Below are positions 1 to 10,381 of a DNA stretch of 64,000 bases, piece after piece. How positions within the stretch are numbered: the first letter of the stretch is position 1; each line of letters opens with the position of its first letter. A program made the position numbers and the translations under genes. A model generated the notes under the pieces. The model searched no databases. It was not told the origin of the DNA and was given only the letters and a program-made list of their open reading frames with translations. The DNA comes from Blastocatellia bacterium (GTDB taxonomy: Bacteria > Acidobacteriota > Blastocatellia > UBA7656), in the NCBI GenBank assembly GCA_963765495.1, contig CAVXWP010000016.1, positions 64,001-128,000 on the forward strand, written 5' to 3'.

Positions 1-418
1 GGTCTTTGCCGGATACGCGCACGAAATCCCCGTTTATCGCGGCCTGCACTTTCAATTTCTGGTCCTTGATGTACTTCACTATCTCTCGGGCCTTCTCGAT
101 AGGAATCCCCTGCTGAAGAGTCACGGTCTGGCGCACCGAATCTTTCGCGGCGGGCTCGATCTTGCCGTAAGAGAGCGCCTTCAGGGAAACGTTCCTGCGA
201 ATGAGTTTCTGTTGCAACACGTCGTTGAGCGATTTAAGGGTGAATTCGCTTGCGGTCGCGAGCACCATCTTATGTTCCTTCTCGTCGAGTTGAATGTCGG
301 AGTTTGTGCCCTTGAAATCGAATCTTTGTTTAATCTCTTTGAGCGCCTGATTGACCGCGTTTTTCACCTCGGCCATGTCTACCTTGGAAACTATATCGAA
401 TGTGTTTTGCTGTGCCAT
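1..418 (-). CDS. yajQ: YajQ family cyclic-di-GMP/nucleotide-binding protein (3' end runs off the window)
   Basis: Manual translation from ATG at 418 (RBS GGAGG): MAQQNTFDIVSKVDMAEVKNAVNQALKEIKQRFDFKG...QGIPIEKAREIVK...KVQAAINGDFVRVSGKD, which has the YajQ motifs FDIVS, RFDFKG and VRVSGK. Not in the ORF track. Confidence 0.93.
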   Translation of the reverse strand, partial: MAQQNTFDIVSKVDMAEVKNAVNQALKEIKQRFDFKGTNSDIQLDEKEHKMVLATASEFTLKSLNDVLQQKLIRRNVSLKALSYGKIEPAAKDSVRQTVTLQQGIPIEKAREIVKYIKDQKLKVQAAINGDFVRVSGKD

Positions 419-487
419 GATCTGGCCTCCCCCTCGAACTTTAAAGAACTGGTATAACGAAAGCCCGCCGAGATAGCAAGTGCATCG

Positions 488-595
488 GATGCGGTCTCTG
501 ATCCGTGATCCGTGATTTATGAGGTAAGCACTTTCCTGTTAACAGCCATCTACCCGACAGTCACGCATCACGCATCACGCATCAGAGACCGTATC
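488..595. repeat. Intergenic inverted heptamer-array hairpin (GTGATGC/GCATCAC family)
   Basis: gatgcggtctctgat-ccgtgatccgtga ... tcacgcatcacgcatcacgc-atcagagaccgtatc; lies just after the stop of the 601..3798 gene. Confidence 0.85.
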
Positions 596-600
596 GCTTA

Positions 601-3600
601 TCACTTATCGCCTTCGGCCTTTTCCTTCACGATGACGGCCGGGATGTTGTGATCCTCTACCAGTTTGTTGAATGCCGGAAGATCGGTGCGCTTGATCTGA
701 TCCAGCTTTTGCAGTTGAACATTGATCTGGCCTACCAGATCTTCATATACCGCAAAGGATTGATCCGTAGGTGCCGCGTCGGCGCTCGCAACGACTGACG
801 CGAGCGCGGCCAGTTTGTTGTTGAGCTTTATAGGATAATTCAACGGGTCCTGACTGCTGCGGTTCTTTGTCTGGTAAAGTTCTTCTTCGATGGCTTTCAT
901 CTTTTCATTTAGAGCTTTCCCCGCCTCGACAACCGGCTTTTTATCGGGCTCATCTTTGATCCGTTTGGTGATGTCGTCAATCTGGCTGCGCGTGTCGCGT
1001 ATCTGAAGTATCGCGTTGTGCGCCTCGGTCAGCTTGTCGCGTATCTTGATCAACAGATCGAACTGTTTAGCAAAATCTGCCGGAGTCGTCTCGATGCGCG
1101 GGTCTTTCTTTATCTCGAATCCTTGCGTAAGCGTCTTCCCGTCAGCCGTGAGCCGGACCTGATAACTGCCGGGCACGGCTACGGGGCCTCTGGTCTGCCC
1201 TCCCCATAAAATCATCCCCGGAAATCGTGTGGCATCCGCGTATCGCATGTCCCACACAAAGCGATTCAATCCCGCTTCCGCCGGAGCCGATTGTCTGCGA
1301 CCGCCGCGCGGGCCTTCGTCACCTGATGAAGCGCTTGATTCCGCTTCTTCGGGTTTGCCCGTAAACTTCTTGATCGATTTGCCCGCAGAATCAAGCACCT
1401 CAAGCGTTATCTCGCCTGCCGGTTTGTTTTTCAAATAATAGTAGATCACAGCGCCCGACGGCGGATTTTGACCCAGAGCCGCATCGGGCGGAAGGTTTCC
1501 GCCAAACCCCGGCGTGCGATAAGCATCTTCGGGTTTGAACAGATACACGTCTGCGCGGGCCGCGTCTGCCATCTGGTGCAGCACGGTCAAATCGTCCAGC
1601 ACCCAGAAACTGCGGCCCTGAGTCGCGGCCACCAGATCACGCTCGCGCTTGTGAACGGCAAGGTCTGTTATAGGCACTATCGGCAGGTTGAGCTGAAGCG
1701 ATTGCCAGTCTTCTCCATCATCAAAGGAAACATATAAACCGGTCTCCGTGCCCGCGTAAAGCAAGCCCTTGCGGTTCGGGTCTTCGCGTATCACGCGGGT
1801 GAATGCGTTGTCGGGAATGCCTTTGACGATCTTTTTCCACGTCTTCCCGTAGTCGCTCGTCTTGTAAAGGTAGGGCCGGAGGTCATCGGATTTATACATC
1901 GTCGCCGCGACATAGGCAGTTCCGGCCTCAAACGGGGACGCCTCAATCGAGTTGATCTGTATCCACTCAGGCAGGTTTTTCGGAGTGACATTATCCCATT
2001 TCTTACCGCCGTCTCGTGTGACATAGACAAGCCCGTCATCAGACCCCGTCCAGATGAGCCCCTGCTCGACGGGAGACTCGATCACGGTGAAGATCGTGCC
2101 GTAATACTCGATGCTCGTGTTGTCTTTTGTGATCGGCCCGCCCGATGACCCCAGCCTTGACTTATCATTGCGCGTAAGGTCGGGGCTGATCGCTTCCCAG
2201 CTTTGCCCTTCGTTTGTGGTCTTGAACAGGATGTTGCCGCCCGTGTAAAGCGTGTTTGGGTCGTGCGGCGAAAAGACTATGGGGAAGTTCCATTGAAAAC
2301 GGTATTTCAAGTCGGCTGCGGCCTCGCCCATAGGGTTGTCCGGCCAGACAGAGACCGTACGCTGCTGGCCCGTTCGATGATCGTAGCGGGAAATGTACCC
2401 GCCGTAACAACCCGCATAGACTATCTGAGAATCTTTCGGGTTCGGCGCGATCCAGCCCGATTCGCACCCGCCTACGTCGTACCAGTGCGTACGGTCTATG
2501 CCGAAATCACCTGTCCGGCTCGGAATCCGCACGGTCGAATTATCCTGTTGCGCGCCATAGATGTTGTACGGGAAATCATTGTCGAGCGCGACGCGATAAA
2601 ACTGAGCCGTAGGCTGATCCTGCTCGGTCCACGACTTGCCGCCGTTTACCGACACAGCCGCGCCTCCATCATCGCTCATAATCATGCGCTGGGGGTCGGC
2701 GGGCGAAATCCACAAATCGTGGCAGTCGCCGTGCTGTACGTCTATCGAAGTGTATGTGTGGCCCCCGTCGTTTGACCTGTACATCCCTGTGTTCAGAACA
2801 TAGACGCTGTCAGCGTTTTGCGGATCGGCATAGATGCGCGTGTAATACCACGCGCGCTGTCTGAGGTTTCGATCTTCGTTTACCTTCTCCCATTCTTTCC
2901 CGCCGTTGTCGGAGCGGAAAACGCCTCCATCCTCGGCTTCGATGATCGCCCAGACGCGCTCGGGTTTTACGGGCGAAACCGTGATGCCGCTGATGCCTGT
3001 GATCCCCTTTGGCAATCCCTTGTTGTGAGTGAACTCGTTCCAGGTATCGCCCCCGTCCGTCGATTTGTAGAGGCTGCTGTCGGGGCCGCCGCTCTCTAAA
3101 CTGTAGGGCGTGCGGAAGACCTGCCAGATGCCCGCGTAGATAATATTTGGATTCGTCGGGTCGAGTATCAGGTCGCAGGCTCCTGCCTTCGGGCTCTTAT
3201 AAAGAACCTTCTTCCACGTCTTGCCGCCGTCGGTGGAGCGAAAAACGCCCCGCTCTTCATTGGGGCCGAACACGTGTCCCTGCGCCGCGACATAGACTAT
3301 ATCGGGATTGCGCGGATTGACGCGCACGCGGCTGATCTGGCGCGTCTCCTCAAGCCCCATGTGCTTCCAGGACTTGCCCGCGTCGGTTGATTTGTATACG
3401 CCGTCGCCGTGCGACACATTGCCGCGTATGGGCGATTCGCCCATGCCGACGTAGACGACATTCGGGTCGGATTCACAAATGCCTATCGCGCCGACCGATC
3501 CCGTTTTGAAATATTCATCCGATATTGGAAGCCAGTTCGTGCCGCCGTCCGTAGTCTTCCACACACTGCCGCCTGTCGCGCCAAAGTAATAGACAAACGG

Positions 3601-3798
3601 CTGGCTGGTGACGCCTGCGACCGCCGTCGAACGACCGCCCCGAAAGGGGCCTATCTGACGCCACTTCAGGTTCTTCATTACGGTTGAATAATCGCTGCTC
3701 TGCTGCGCGTGAGTCGCCGTTTGCAGAAGACAGACAAGCAAACCAATCACTATAAGCCACGTGAGGCTGTGGCAACGCCAAAGTCTGTTTGATTTCAT
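601..3798 (-). CDS. Secreted BNR/Asp-box (VPS10/sortilin-like) beta-propeller glycosyl hydrolase-like protein
   Basis: Signal peptide; [12 protein letters not shown] start; many S/T-x-D-G-G-x-T/S-W Asp-box repeats; C-terminal helical region. Confidence 0.88.
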   Translation of the reverse strand: MKSNRLWRCHSLTWLIVIGLLVCLLQTATHAQQSSDYSTVMKNLKWRQIGPFRGGRSTAVAGVTSQPFVYYFGATGGSVWKTTDGGTNWLPISDEYFKTGSVGAIGICESDPNVVYVGMGESPIRGNVSHGDGVYKSTDAGKSWKHMGLEETRQISRVRVNPRNPDIVYVAAQGHVFGPNEERGVFRSTDGGKTWKKVLYKSPKAGACDLILDPTNPNIIYAGIWQVFRTPYSLESGGPDSSLYKSTDGGDTWNEFTHNKGLPKGITGISGITVSPVKPERVWAIIEAEDGGVFRSDNGGKEWEKVNEDRNLRQRAWYYTRIYADPQNADSVYVLNTGMYRSNDGGHTYTSIDVQHGDCHDLWISPADPQRMIMSDDGGAAVSVNGGKSWTEQDQPTAQFYRVALDNDFPYNIYGAQQDNSTVRIPSRTGDFGIDRTHWYDVGGCESGWIAPNPKDSQIVYAGCYGGYISRYDHRTGQQRTVSVWPDNPMGEAAADLKYRFQWNFPIVFSPHDPNTLYTGGNILFKTTNEGQSWEAISPDLTRNDKSRLGSSGGPITKDNTSIEYYGTIFTVIESPVEQGLIWTGSDDGLVYVTRDGGKKWDNVTPKNLPEWIQINSIEASPFEAGTAYVAATMYKSDDLRPYLYKTSDYGKTWKKIVKGIPDNAFTRVIREDPNRKGLLYAGTETGLYVSFDDGEDWQSLQLNLPIVPITDLAVHKRERDLVAATQGRSFWVLDDLTVLHQMADAARADVYLFKPEDAYRTPGFGGNLPPDAALGQNPPSGAVIYYYLKNKPAGEITLEVLDSAGKSIKKFTGKPEEAESSASSGDEGPRGGRRQSAPAEAGLNRFVWDMRYADATRFPGMILWGGQTRGPVAVPGSYQVRLTADGKTLTQGFEIKKDPRIETTPADFAKQFDLLIKIRDKLTEAHNAILQIRDTRSQIDDITKRIKDEPDKKPVVEAGKALNEKMKAIEEELYQTKNRSSQDPLNYPIKLNNKLAALASVVASADAAPTDQSFAVYEDLVGQINVQLQKLDQIKRTDLPAFNKLVEDHNIPAVIVKEKAEGDK

Positions 3799-3953
3799 GA
3801 GTGCTCCTTAGCGATTGCGCCCCGGCAGAGTCCGGCGCGCTTCATAACAGGAATAATTTCATTGAATCCGACTTGTGCCGAAGGGGTATATTACACGCAG
3901 GAAGGCTTGCTGTCGAAGAGACGAGACTCGTCGCCGGGTAAATCCGAGATGAG

Positions 3954-3985
3954 AAAAAGGGGCTGCGGCTATAGCCGCAACCCCC
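3954..3985 (-). terminator. Intrinsic terminator downstream of the TonB-dependent receptor
   Basis: Minus strand GGGGTTGCGGCTA-TAGCCGCAGCCCC followed by TTTTT. Confidence 0.75.
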
Positions 3986-4137
3986 GTTAATCGCTGTCGA
4001 ACGGTGATCAATTTCGGCAAGGCCGAAACCCCTGATTCACACAGGGTCAATTGATTTTCGGGAAACTCTCTGCGTACTTCGCGGCTTTGCGAAAACGCGG
4101 TTCTTACCACCGGCAAAAACATTTAGCCTTTCGCCTG

Positions 4138-6666
4138 CTACTTGAAATTTATGCTTAGCTTCCCGCTGTAGGTGCGCGGGCGTCCGATGGTCGTTCCTGA
4201 AAACACGCTCTCGAATGTGATCAGGTGAAACTTGTCGGTGAAGTTCTGAACATTGAACTGAGCCGATAGCCCGACGTGCTCGCTCACGGGCAGGTCAGTG
4301 CCTACGGAAAAATCGAGCACCGTGTGCGGAAGTATAAAGCCGCGTTCCAGATTCACCTGTTCCAGAACCTCTTCGGGGAACTCCTCTTCAAAGTCGCCCT
4401 CTGCCATATCGGGCTCAAGCTCTACGGAAAAACCGCTGTCGTGACGCCCGCCAAAGGCCACCCAGAAATGTCCCGGCAGCCGGTCGTAAAGCGCCTGAAA
4501 AACCACGGTGTTGCGCTGGTCTTCTTCGATATTGACACGTTGACCGCTGCGCTCGCGAAGGTCTATGGCTTCGCCTAAGAAGAGCCCCCCGGTTATCGGC
4601 GCAAAGCCGTATATGTGCAGGTTCGTGTAGCTGACAAAACCCGAGAACCCGTGCACGCGCGCAAGATCGAGCCTCGTCTCCACACCCTTTGATCGGCTGC
4701 GGCTGAGATTTGCCGGAAAGATGATACCGGTCTCGAGAAAGTTTGTTATCTCGGGCGGGTTCTTCAAACGGCGGTAAAAGAAATCGGCGTCGAATCTCAT
4801 ATAGCGCGAAATCTTCTGTTGAAACCCGAGATCAACCTGCCACTCGCGGCTGGGCCGCACGGGCTCGCCTCGCTCGTCGCCCATGTCTTCTTCGTCGCCT
4901 TCGTCCTCGTTTGCGCGCACGCGGCTGTTGAGCCTGAAGCTGTTGAGTCTGAAGCTGTTGAGTCTGAAGCTGTTGAGTCTGAAGCTGTTGAGTCTGAGGC
5001 TGTCTGCGCCTTCTTCTTCGTCGCCGGGGCTGAATATGCGGGCATCTTCCGAAGAGGAGAGCAGAAGGTTTTCAAGCGCCGGGGTCTCAAGAAAGCGGTT
5101 GTAGGAAGCGCGCAAGACCGTTCCGGTATTTTCGATGTAGTAGGCAACCCCGAGGCGCGGGCTCAGATAATTCTTCTCGACCAGAAAATGATAGCTGTCA
5201 AACCTGACGCCCAGATCGAACGTCAGATGGCGCGTAGCCTTTATGTGATCCTGTACATAGGCCGAGCCTTCCCACCCTGTATGGTGATCGTTGAAAAAGA
5301 ACGGGTTGCCAAGCGAAAAATCCTGAACGTCTTCGGGCAGGTCAGGCTCTTTTTCTACGAGTTCTTCCAGATCGGTTATCGCAAAGGTGAAAGATTCCGT
5401 CACGGGAAAACGCGTGTATTGCCCGCCCGTCTTGATCGTATGAGCGCCCGCTTGATAGGTGAGCGAGCCAAGCACGCCGTAATTCGAATGATGCCGCGAC
5501 TGTTCCGCAAAGACCGGACCCGCTTCCAGATTGCTGCGAAGCTTGGCCGCATTGTATCGCTGAAAAGCTGCTATGTCGCCCACGAGATTATCGGAAAAGA
5601 TATGCTGCCACGAAAGCGCCTGCATATGATCATAGGTGCGGCGGCGCTGGTCCTGGCCTTCTTCTTCTTGATCCTCAAAATTCGGCACGTCGAAACGCTG
5701 CCTGTCGAAAAACAGATTGAGGCGAATGAGGTCGTTCGGATTTGGCGCGTAATCGAGTTTGGCGAATGTCTTTACGGCCGTTCCGTGATTATGAAAGTTT
5801 TCAGGCTCGGGCGGGTCGAGGAATCGGTCCGTAGTCGAACCCGCACCGCTCAGGAAATATCCGAACTTGTGCGTGTGGCCTCCGACATCGAAAGAGGTTT
5901 CAAAGCTGTCGAAACTCCCGCCCGAAACCGTCACGCTGCCCTGAGTCGGGGTCTCAAGCCCGCTTCGCGTGGTGACGGCAATCACACCGGCCAGTTTGTC
6001 GCCGTATTCGGCCGGGATGTCTGCTGTGGTCACTTCCACCGAACGAAAATTGCGCGGGTCGGGCGAGCTTGCAAACGTAGACGCGATTGTGTCGGTCACC
6101 GGAATGCCGTCTATAGAATACTGCACCTGATATTCGATGCCGCGCGCGTGCAATCGTCCGTTTGCGTCGAGCGTCCATCCCGGAGCCGTAGAGATTAGCT
6201 CTTCCGTGCTGCGGCTTGGTTGAGCGGTTGGGAAATGAAGTACCTGATTGCGATCTATGACCACGCTTGGCGCGGTCTTTTCCGGCTCCACAAGCTCACG
6301 GTCTGCGGCAATATCGACCTCCTGCCGAACCGGCGCAACTCCAAGCTTAATGTTGATCTGTTGTACGAGGTTCGATCTTACGCTCACTTCCTCGTCCGCA
6401 GGCTCAAAACCCGAGCCCTCAACCCTGAGCGTATAGCGATTGAAGGGAACATCTACAAGTTGATAACTACCCTGACCATCGGTCACAGCCTGTTGAAGGT
6501 AACCTGTGATCGAGTTTGTCAAATTTACTTTTGCGCCTGCCACTACAGCGCCGGTCTGATCCGTGACCACACCTCGAATGATGCCTACGTTGGATTGAGC
6601 CAGACCCGTGACGGTCAAAGCGAGCAAAATCAAGATGAGCGAGCAAAATCCACTGGTATTTTTCAT
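4138..6666 (-). CDS. TonB-dependent outer-membrane receptor with N-terminal carboxypeptidase-regulatory-like domain
   Basis: Signal peptide, GVVTDQTGAVVAGA N-domain, plug region (PG...RG...IDGIP...PAEYG), beta-barrel motifs (LGVRFD, SPRLG), C-terminal PRTYSGKLSINFK. Confidence 0.9.
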   Translation of the reverse strand: MKNTSGFCSLILILLALTVTGLAQSNVGIIRGVVTDQTGAVVAGAKVNLTNSITGYLQQAVTDGQGSYQLVDVPFNRYTLRVEGSGFEPADEEVSVRSNLVQQINIKLGVAPVRQEVDIAADRELVEPEKTAPSVVIDRNQVLHFPTAQPSRSTEELISTAPGWTLDANGRLHARGIEYQVQYSIDGIPVTDTIASTFASSPDPRNFRSVEVTTADIPAEYGDKLAGVIAVTTRSGLETPTQGSVTVSGGSFDSFETSFDVGGHTHKFGYFLSGAGSTTDRFLDPPEPENFHNHGTAVKTFAKLDYAPNPNDLIRLNLFFDRQRFDVPNFEDQEEEGQDQRRRTYDHMQALSWQHIFSDNLVGDIAAFQRYNAAKLRSNLEAGPVFAEQSRHHSNYGVLGSLTYQAGAHTIKTGGQYTRFPVTESFTFAITDLEELVEKEPDLPEDVQDFSLGNPFFFNDHHTGWEGSAYVQDHIKATRHLTFDLGVRFDSYHFLVEKNYLSPRLGVAYYIENTGTVLRASYNRFLETPALENLLLSSSEDARIFSPGDEEEGADSLRLNSFRLNSFRLNSFRLNSFRLNSRVRANEDEGDEEDMGDERGEPVRPSREWQVDLGFQQKISRYMRFDADFFYRRLKNPPEITNFLETGIIFPANLSRSRSKGVETRLDLARVHGFSGFVSYTNLHIYGFAPITGGLFLGEAIDLRERSGQRVNIEEDQRNTVVFQALYDRLPGHFWVAFGGRHDSGFSVELEPDMAEGDFEEEFPEEVLEQVNLERGFILPHTVLDFSVGTDLPVSEHVGLSAQFNVQNFTDKFHLITFESVFSGTTIGRPRTYSGKLSINFK
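4924..5003. repeat. In-frame 15-bp tandem repeat (~5.3 copies) encoding LNSFR repeats in the TonB receptor
   Basis: gctgttgagtctgaa repeated nearly perfectly. Confidence 0.95.
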
Positions 6667-7195
6667 ATGATCCTCCTTTGTTTTTATGCCTTATACCCGC
6701 TCAGGTATTATCGCGGGGCGGGATCACCCGTGCGGTCCCGCCCCGGCTTATCATCGCTTTCACTCTCAACGGCAAAGGCCGTCGAAGGTAAAGGCACTAA
6801 AAGGAGCATGCCAATGAAATGGCAATATATGCTCCTCCTCACCTTCTTATAAATGTGATGTCTCAATATATCGCTCTATCCTCCTGTTGAATGATGATCC
6901 GTCATAGCAAACGGAAGGGTTAGAGTTGATCGATTCCCCGGGGCCGGGATCAAAGCAGGTGAAGTGGATTGTTTATGTGCCGCATTGAAACCCGGTCGGC
7001 TATATTGTAAAGTTCCATGCCAATGACGCTTTATAAAAATACTGTCCGGGCGATCTTATGAGCATTCCTGATTGAATCAGGAGGATCAATCCGTGCATTA
7101 AAATGCACAACAATCAGGACGGCCTTAGCCAGTCACCCGGACAGTTCACCCGGTTCCCCAACCGGATGTTAAAAAAACTCTTAATAGACTTTCGC

Positions 7196-8104
7196 TCAAC
7201 GGTCTATCGCTCCTCTGAGAGCTTCTCTCTCACTGGTTTCGTAAACGGGTTTGGCATCTGAGAGACACTCCGCCCGGCGACCCGTGCCGTGATAAACCAC
7301 AAGCGGGCATTTGAGGTATGGATGACTCGTGACGGCGACCTCAATAGAAAAAGTTTCGTATATAGCCCCGCTCGTGAGCACACAGGCGGGCGGGCCGGAA
7401 TAAGTGATCGCGCCGTCTTTCATCATCACGATCCTGTCGGCGTATTGCGCCGCGAGATTCAAATCATGAAGTATGACCATCACACCTACGCCCTCGCCTG
7501 CCAGCCGTCGCGCGATTTCAAGCGAGCCGTGCTGATGCGCTAAATCGAGGCTCGATGTAGGCTCGTCCATCAGCAGATAGCGCGCCTTAATTTCGGCCTT
7601 ACCGGCGACCTCATTTGCGGGCGATTCCCATATCTGCGCAAGCACGCGAGCGAGTTGCACGCGCTGTCGCTCGCCGCCCGAAAGAGTCGGATAGAGCCTT
7701 TGTTCGAGGTGTCGGGCCTCCACGAGTTCGAGCGCCTCGCGCGCTATCTCGTAATCGCGTTCGCTCTCCGTGCCTTTGACATGCGGCGTGCGACCCATCA
7801 GCACCACTTCAAAGACCGTAAACGGGAAGCTCAGAGTCGAATCCTGCGGCAGCACCGCTCTCACCCGAGCGCGTTCGATGACGGGCCAGTCTTCGATAGG
7901 CCGCCCGCTCATGAAGACTTCTCCGCGCGCGGGTTTCAAATCGCCCGACAGCGCACGCCGCAGCGTGGATTTGCCCGCTCCGTTCGGCCCGACGATTGCG
8001 ACGACTTCGCCCACGTTGAGCTTTACCGACACGCCTTCGAGCAGCGATTTTGCGCCGACAGTAACCTGAAGATTGCGAGCTTCGATCAATGTATGACCCT
8101 CCAC
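7196..8104 (-). CDS. hmuV: Heme/iron ABC transporter ATP-binding protein HmuV
   Basis: Walker A GPNGAGKST, LSGGERQRVQLARVLAQIW (HmuV-typical), DEPTSSLDLAHQ, LHDLNLAAQYADR. The start may be TTG at 8089. Confidence 0.9.
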   Translation of the reverse strand: MEGHTLIEARNLQVTVGAKSLLEGVSVKLNVGEVVAIVGPNGAGKSTLRRALSGDLKPARGEVFMSGRPIEDWPVIERARVRAVLPQDSTLSFPFTVFEVVLMGRTPHVKGTESERDYEIAREALELVEARHLEQRLYPTLSGGERQRVQLARVLAQIWESPANEVAGKAEIKARYLLMDEPTSSLDLAHQHGSLEIARRLAGEGVGVMVILHDLNLAAQYADRIVMMKDGAITYSGPPACVLTSGAIYETFSIEVAVTSHPYLKCPLVVYHGTGRRAECLSDAKPVYETSEREALRGAIDR

Positions 8105-9183
8105 TTGCGGTCGCGCAGCAGAAGCCAGAGGAAAAAGGGCGCGCCGGTCAGGGCGGTCAAAACGCCTATCGGCAACTCGGCAGGGGCAACCACGGTGCGG
8201 GCGATCAGATCGGCCGCAAGCAGCAGGCTTGCCCCCAGCAAAGCCGCGCCCGGAAGTAATCTTCTGTGATCAGGCCCCATCATCAATCTGAGCAGGTGCG
8301 GCACAACGAGACCTACAAAGGCGATTATTCCTGTAAAAGCGACCGACGCCCCGACAGCCATCGCAACAAGAATCACGGTCAGCCGCTTTACGTTTTCGAT
8401 GCTGATGCCGAGATGCAAGGCTTCGGCCTCGCCAAGCAGCAGCGCGTTCAACCCGCGAGCGAGTCGGGGGAAGATCACAAGCGGCGCAAAGATAAAAGGC
8501 GCGGCCACGCCTACCGACAGCCACGTTGCGCCGCCAAGGCTGCCTAGTTTCCAGAAGGTTATGCTGCGAATCTGTGTATCGGTGGCGAAAAAAGTGAGCA
8601 GCCCCGAAAACGCCTGCCCCAGCGCGTTTATCGCTATCCCGGCAAGCAGCAGCGTAGCAACTACGGTCTGTCCCGCGATGGTCGCCAGGCGATAAATTAT
8701 CATCGTGGTCACCAACCCTCCGACGAATGCGCCGATGGGCAACACAAAAAGACCGACCATAAGCGGCAGACTGAGCGACACTGCGTCTCCGACTATGATC
8801 ACCAGGGTTGCGGCAAGCGCCGCGCCGCTTGATATTCCTATCAGGCTAGGGTCGGCCAGGGGGTTGCGAAACAGTCCCTGCATGGCCGCGCCCGACATTC
8901 CAAGCGCCGCCCCCACAAGTCCTCCAAGCAACACGCGCGGCAATCTGATGGCCACAAGCGTAGCTTCCTGCTGCTCGGTGAAACCCCATGGCAAATCTAG
9001 CCCGATTCTATGGCTGATTATCGAAAGAGACTGAGCAAGCGATATTTCCACCGCGCCTTTGTCGATTGACAGAAATACGATAAAGACCAGCAACATCGTG
9101 AGGCCGACAATCGCATAGCTTCCACGCTGATTGTTGCGCCTCGCAATCAGACCCGGAAATATCCGCGCGATGGTGGACATCAC
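8086..9183 (-). CDS. hmuU: Heme/iron ABC transporter permease (FecCD/HmuU)
   Basis: IRLPRV, QGLFRNPLADP, GEAEALHLG, FVGLVVPH, ELPIG motifs. Confidence 0.9.
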   Translation of the reverse strand: MMSTIARIFPGLIARRNNQRGSYAIVGLTMLLVFIVFLSIDKGAVEISLAQSLSIISHRIGLDLPWGFTEQQEATLVAIRLPRVLLGGLVGAALGMSGAAMQGLFRNPLADPSLIGISSGAALAATLVIIVGDAVSLSLPLMVGLFVLPIGAFVGGLVTTMIIYRLATIAGQTVVATLLLAGIAINALGQAFSGLLTFFATDTQIRSITFWKLGSLGGATWLSVGVAAPFIFAPLVIFPRLARGLNALLLGEAEALHLGISIENVKRLTVILVAMAVGASVAFTGIIAFVGLVVPHLLRLMMGPDHRRLLPGAALLGASLLLAADLIARTVVAPAELPIGVLTALTGAPFFLWLLLRDRKWRVIH

Positions 9184-10175
9184 TTCTTTCCCCCATCGGC
9201 AGCCTGAGACTTGTTGCCGTTTTCGTTTGCCGTAGCGGTCTTGACCTCCGGGGCTTGAGCGTGGAGCTTTCCGGTCAGGTCCAGCACAGCCCGTCCCACA
9301 CCCGGCCCGAAGCCTTGAAAATACATGTCGCTCACCGGGACGATGCGGCGATTCTTACCGGCAGGCGTAAGCGCGACCCCCGGGAATTTCAATACGCCTT
9401 CAACGCCGCCGCTTCTTTCAAAGCTGCGCTCGGTCATCAAGAGGATGTCGGGTTGAGCCGCTACCACCGCTTCATCGGTCATCTGACGGAAGCCCTGAAA
9501 TTCGGTGATGGGATTGACGCCGCCCGCAAGCCGGATCATCTCGTCAATAGTCGTGCCCTTCCCCGACATGGTTGCGCTTGGCGCATTCGGCCCGCGACCG
9601 GCAAAGACCACTTTTGGTTTCATCTGAACGTTTGCAAGCATTCGCGCGACCTCTTGCATGTCGCGGTCAATCGCCCCGGTCAACTCTTCGCCACGCGGTT
9701 CGAGGTTGAGCGCCTTCGCGATAGTGCGAATCTTTTGCTTTACCGCGTCAACCGAATAATTGGCCGTGATCGCAAGCACCGTGACGCCCGAGGATTTCAG
9801 TTGATCGATGACCGGAGCCGGACCGGCGTCATCGGTCATAACAAGCAGGGTAGGGTTGAGCGACAAAATGCCTTCTGCCGAAAGCGTATTCCTCGGCCCC
9901 ACTTTTGGCAGTTGCCGCGCTTCGGTTATGTATTCGCTGCTCGAATTGTCTACGCCGACGACTTTGTCGCCCACGCCCAGAGCATAAATCGTCTCGGTTA
10001 CGGCGGTGCCAACAGAGACTATCCGAGAGCTATCGTTGATGGTGATCGTGTTGCCCGCAGCATCGGTAACGCTTGCCTTTGCCGTTTCGCCCGAAGAGGA
10101 TTTTTGACAGGCGGAAAACCACAACGCGCAGGTCGCGATGATCAGAAGCGCAAATAAAGAATAGATTTTAGTCAT
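9180..10175 (-). CDS. hmuT: Heme ABC transporter substrate-binding lipoprotein (HmuT-like)
   Basis: Lipobox FSAC; RIVSVGTAVTETIYALG, VGVDNSS, LSAEGILSLNP. Start moved to ATG 10175 because the ORF-track extension runs through a palindromic repeat. Confidence 0.82.
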   Translation of the reverse strand: MTKIYSLFALLIIATCALWFSACQKSSSGETAKASVTDAAGNTITINDSSRIVSVGTAVTETIYALGVGDKVVGVDNSSSEYITEARQLPKVGPRNTLSAEGILSLNPTLLVMTDDAGPAPVIDQLKSSGVTVLAITANYSVDAVKQKIRTIAKALNLEPRGEELTGAIDRDMQEVARMLANVQMKPKVVFAGRGPNAPSATMSGKGTTIDEMIRLAGGVNPITEFQGFRQMTDEAVVAAQPDILLMTERSFERSGGVEGVLKFPGVALTPAGKNRRIVPVSDMYFQGFGPGVGRAVLDLTGKLHAQAPEVKTATANENGNKSQAADGGKK

Positions 10176-10219
10176 ATGCCTGTTAGGCGGTACAAATGAA
10201 ATCGAATGAAGAGCACATA

Positions 10220-10325
10220 GAAATAGACCACGGATCCCAGGGATCAGGCGGATAAACACGGATTTGACCATATTTGATCCGATCCGCGAATATCGGCTTG
10301 ATCCGCGTCATCCGTGGCCTATTTC
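10220..10325. mobile_element. 106-bp palindromic MITE/REP-like element, copy 1
   Basis: Ends GAAATAGACCACGGAT...ATCCGTGGCCTATTTC with internal CGGAT/ATCCG repeats; same length and ends as 50901..51006. Confidence 0.8.
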
Positions 10326-10381
10326 TTATCACCCTATTTTGGAATTGCCTGTAGATTCATCTGTGCCAAACACAATACGGA

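Noticed and set aside
4819-6198. Long antisense ORFs (459 aa here; also 9255..10157, 38714..39784, 48671..49399, 57677..58723)
   Set aside because: They are shadow frames opposite well-supported genes in GC-rich DNA, with no motifs.
7006-7022. Sigma-54-like TGGCATGGAACTTTACA on the minus strand
   Set aside because: It lacks the invariant GC at -12 (GG-N10-TA).
6667-7195. Cobalamin riboswitch or Fur box upstream of the TonB receptor
   Set aside because: I could not recognise the conserved B12-box elements or a GATAATGATAATCATTATC-like site by eye; an Rfam scan is needed.
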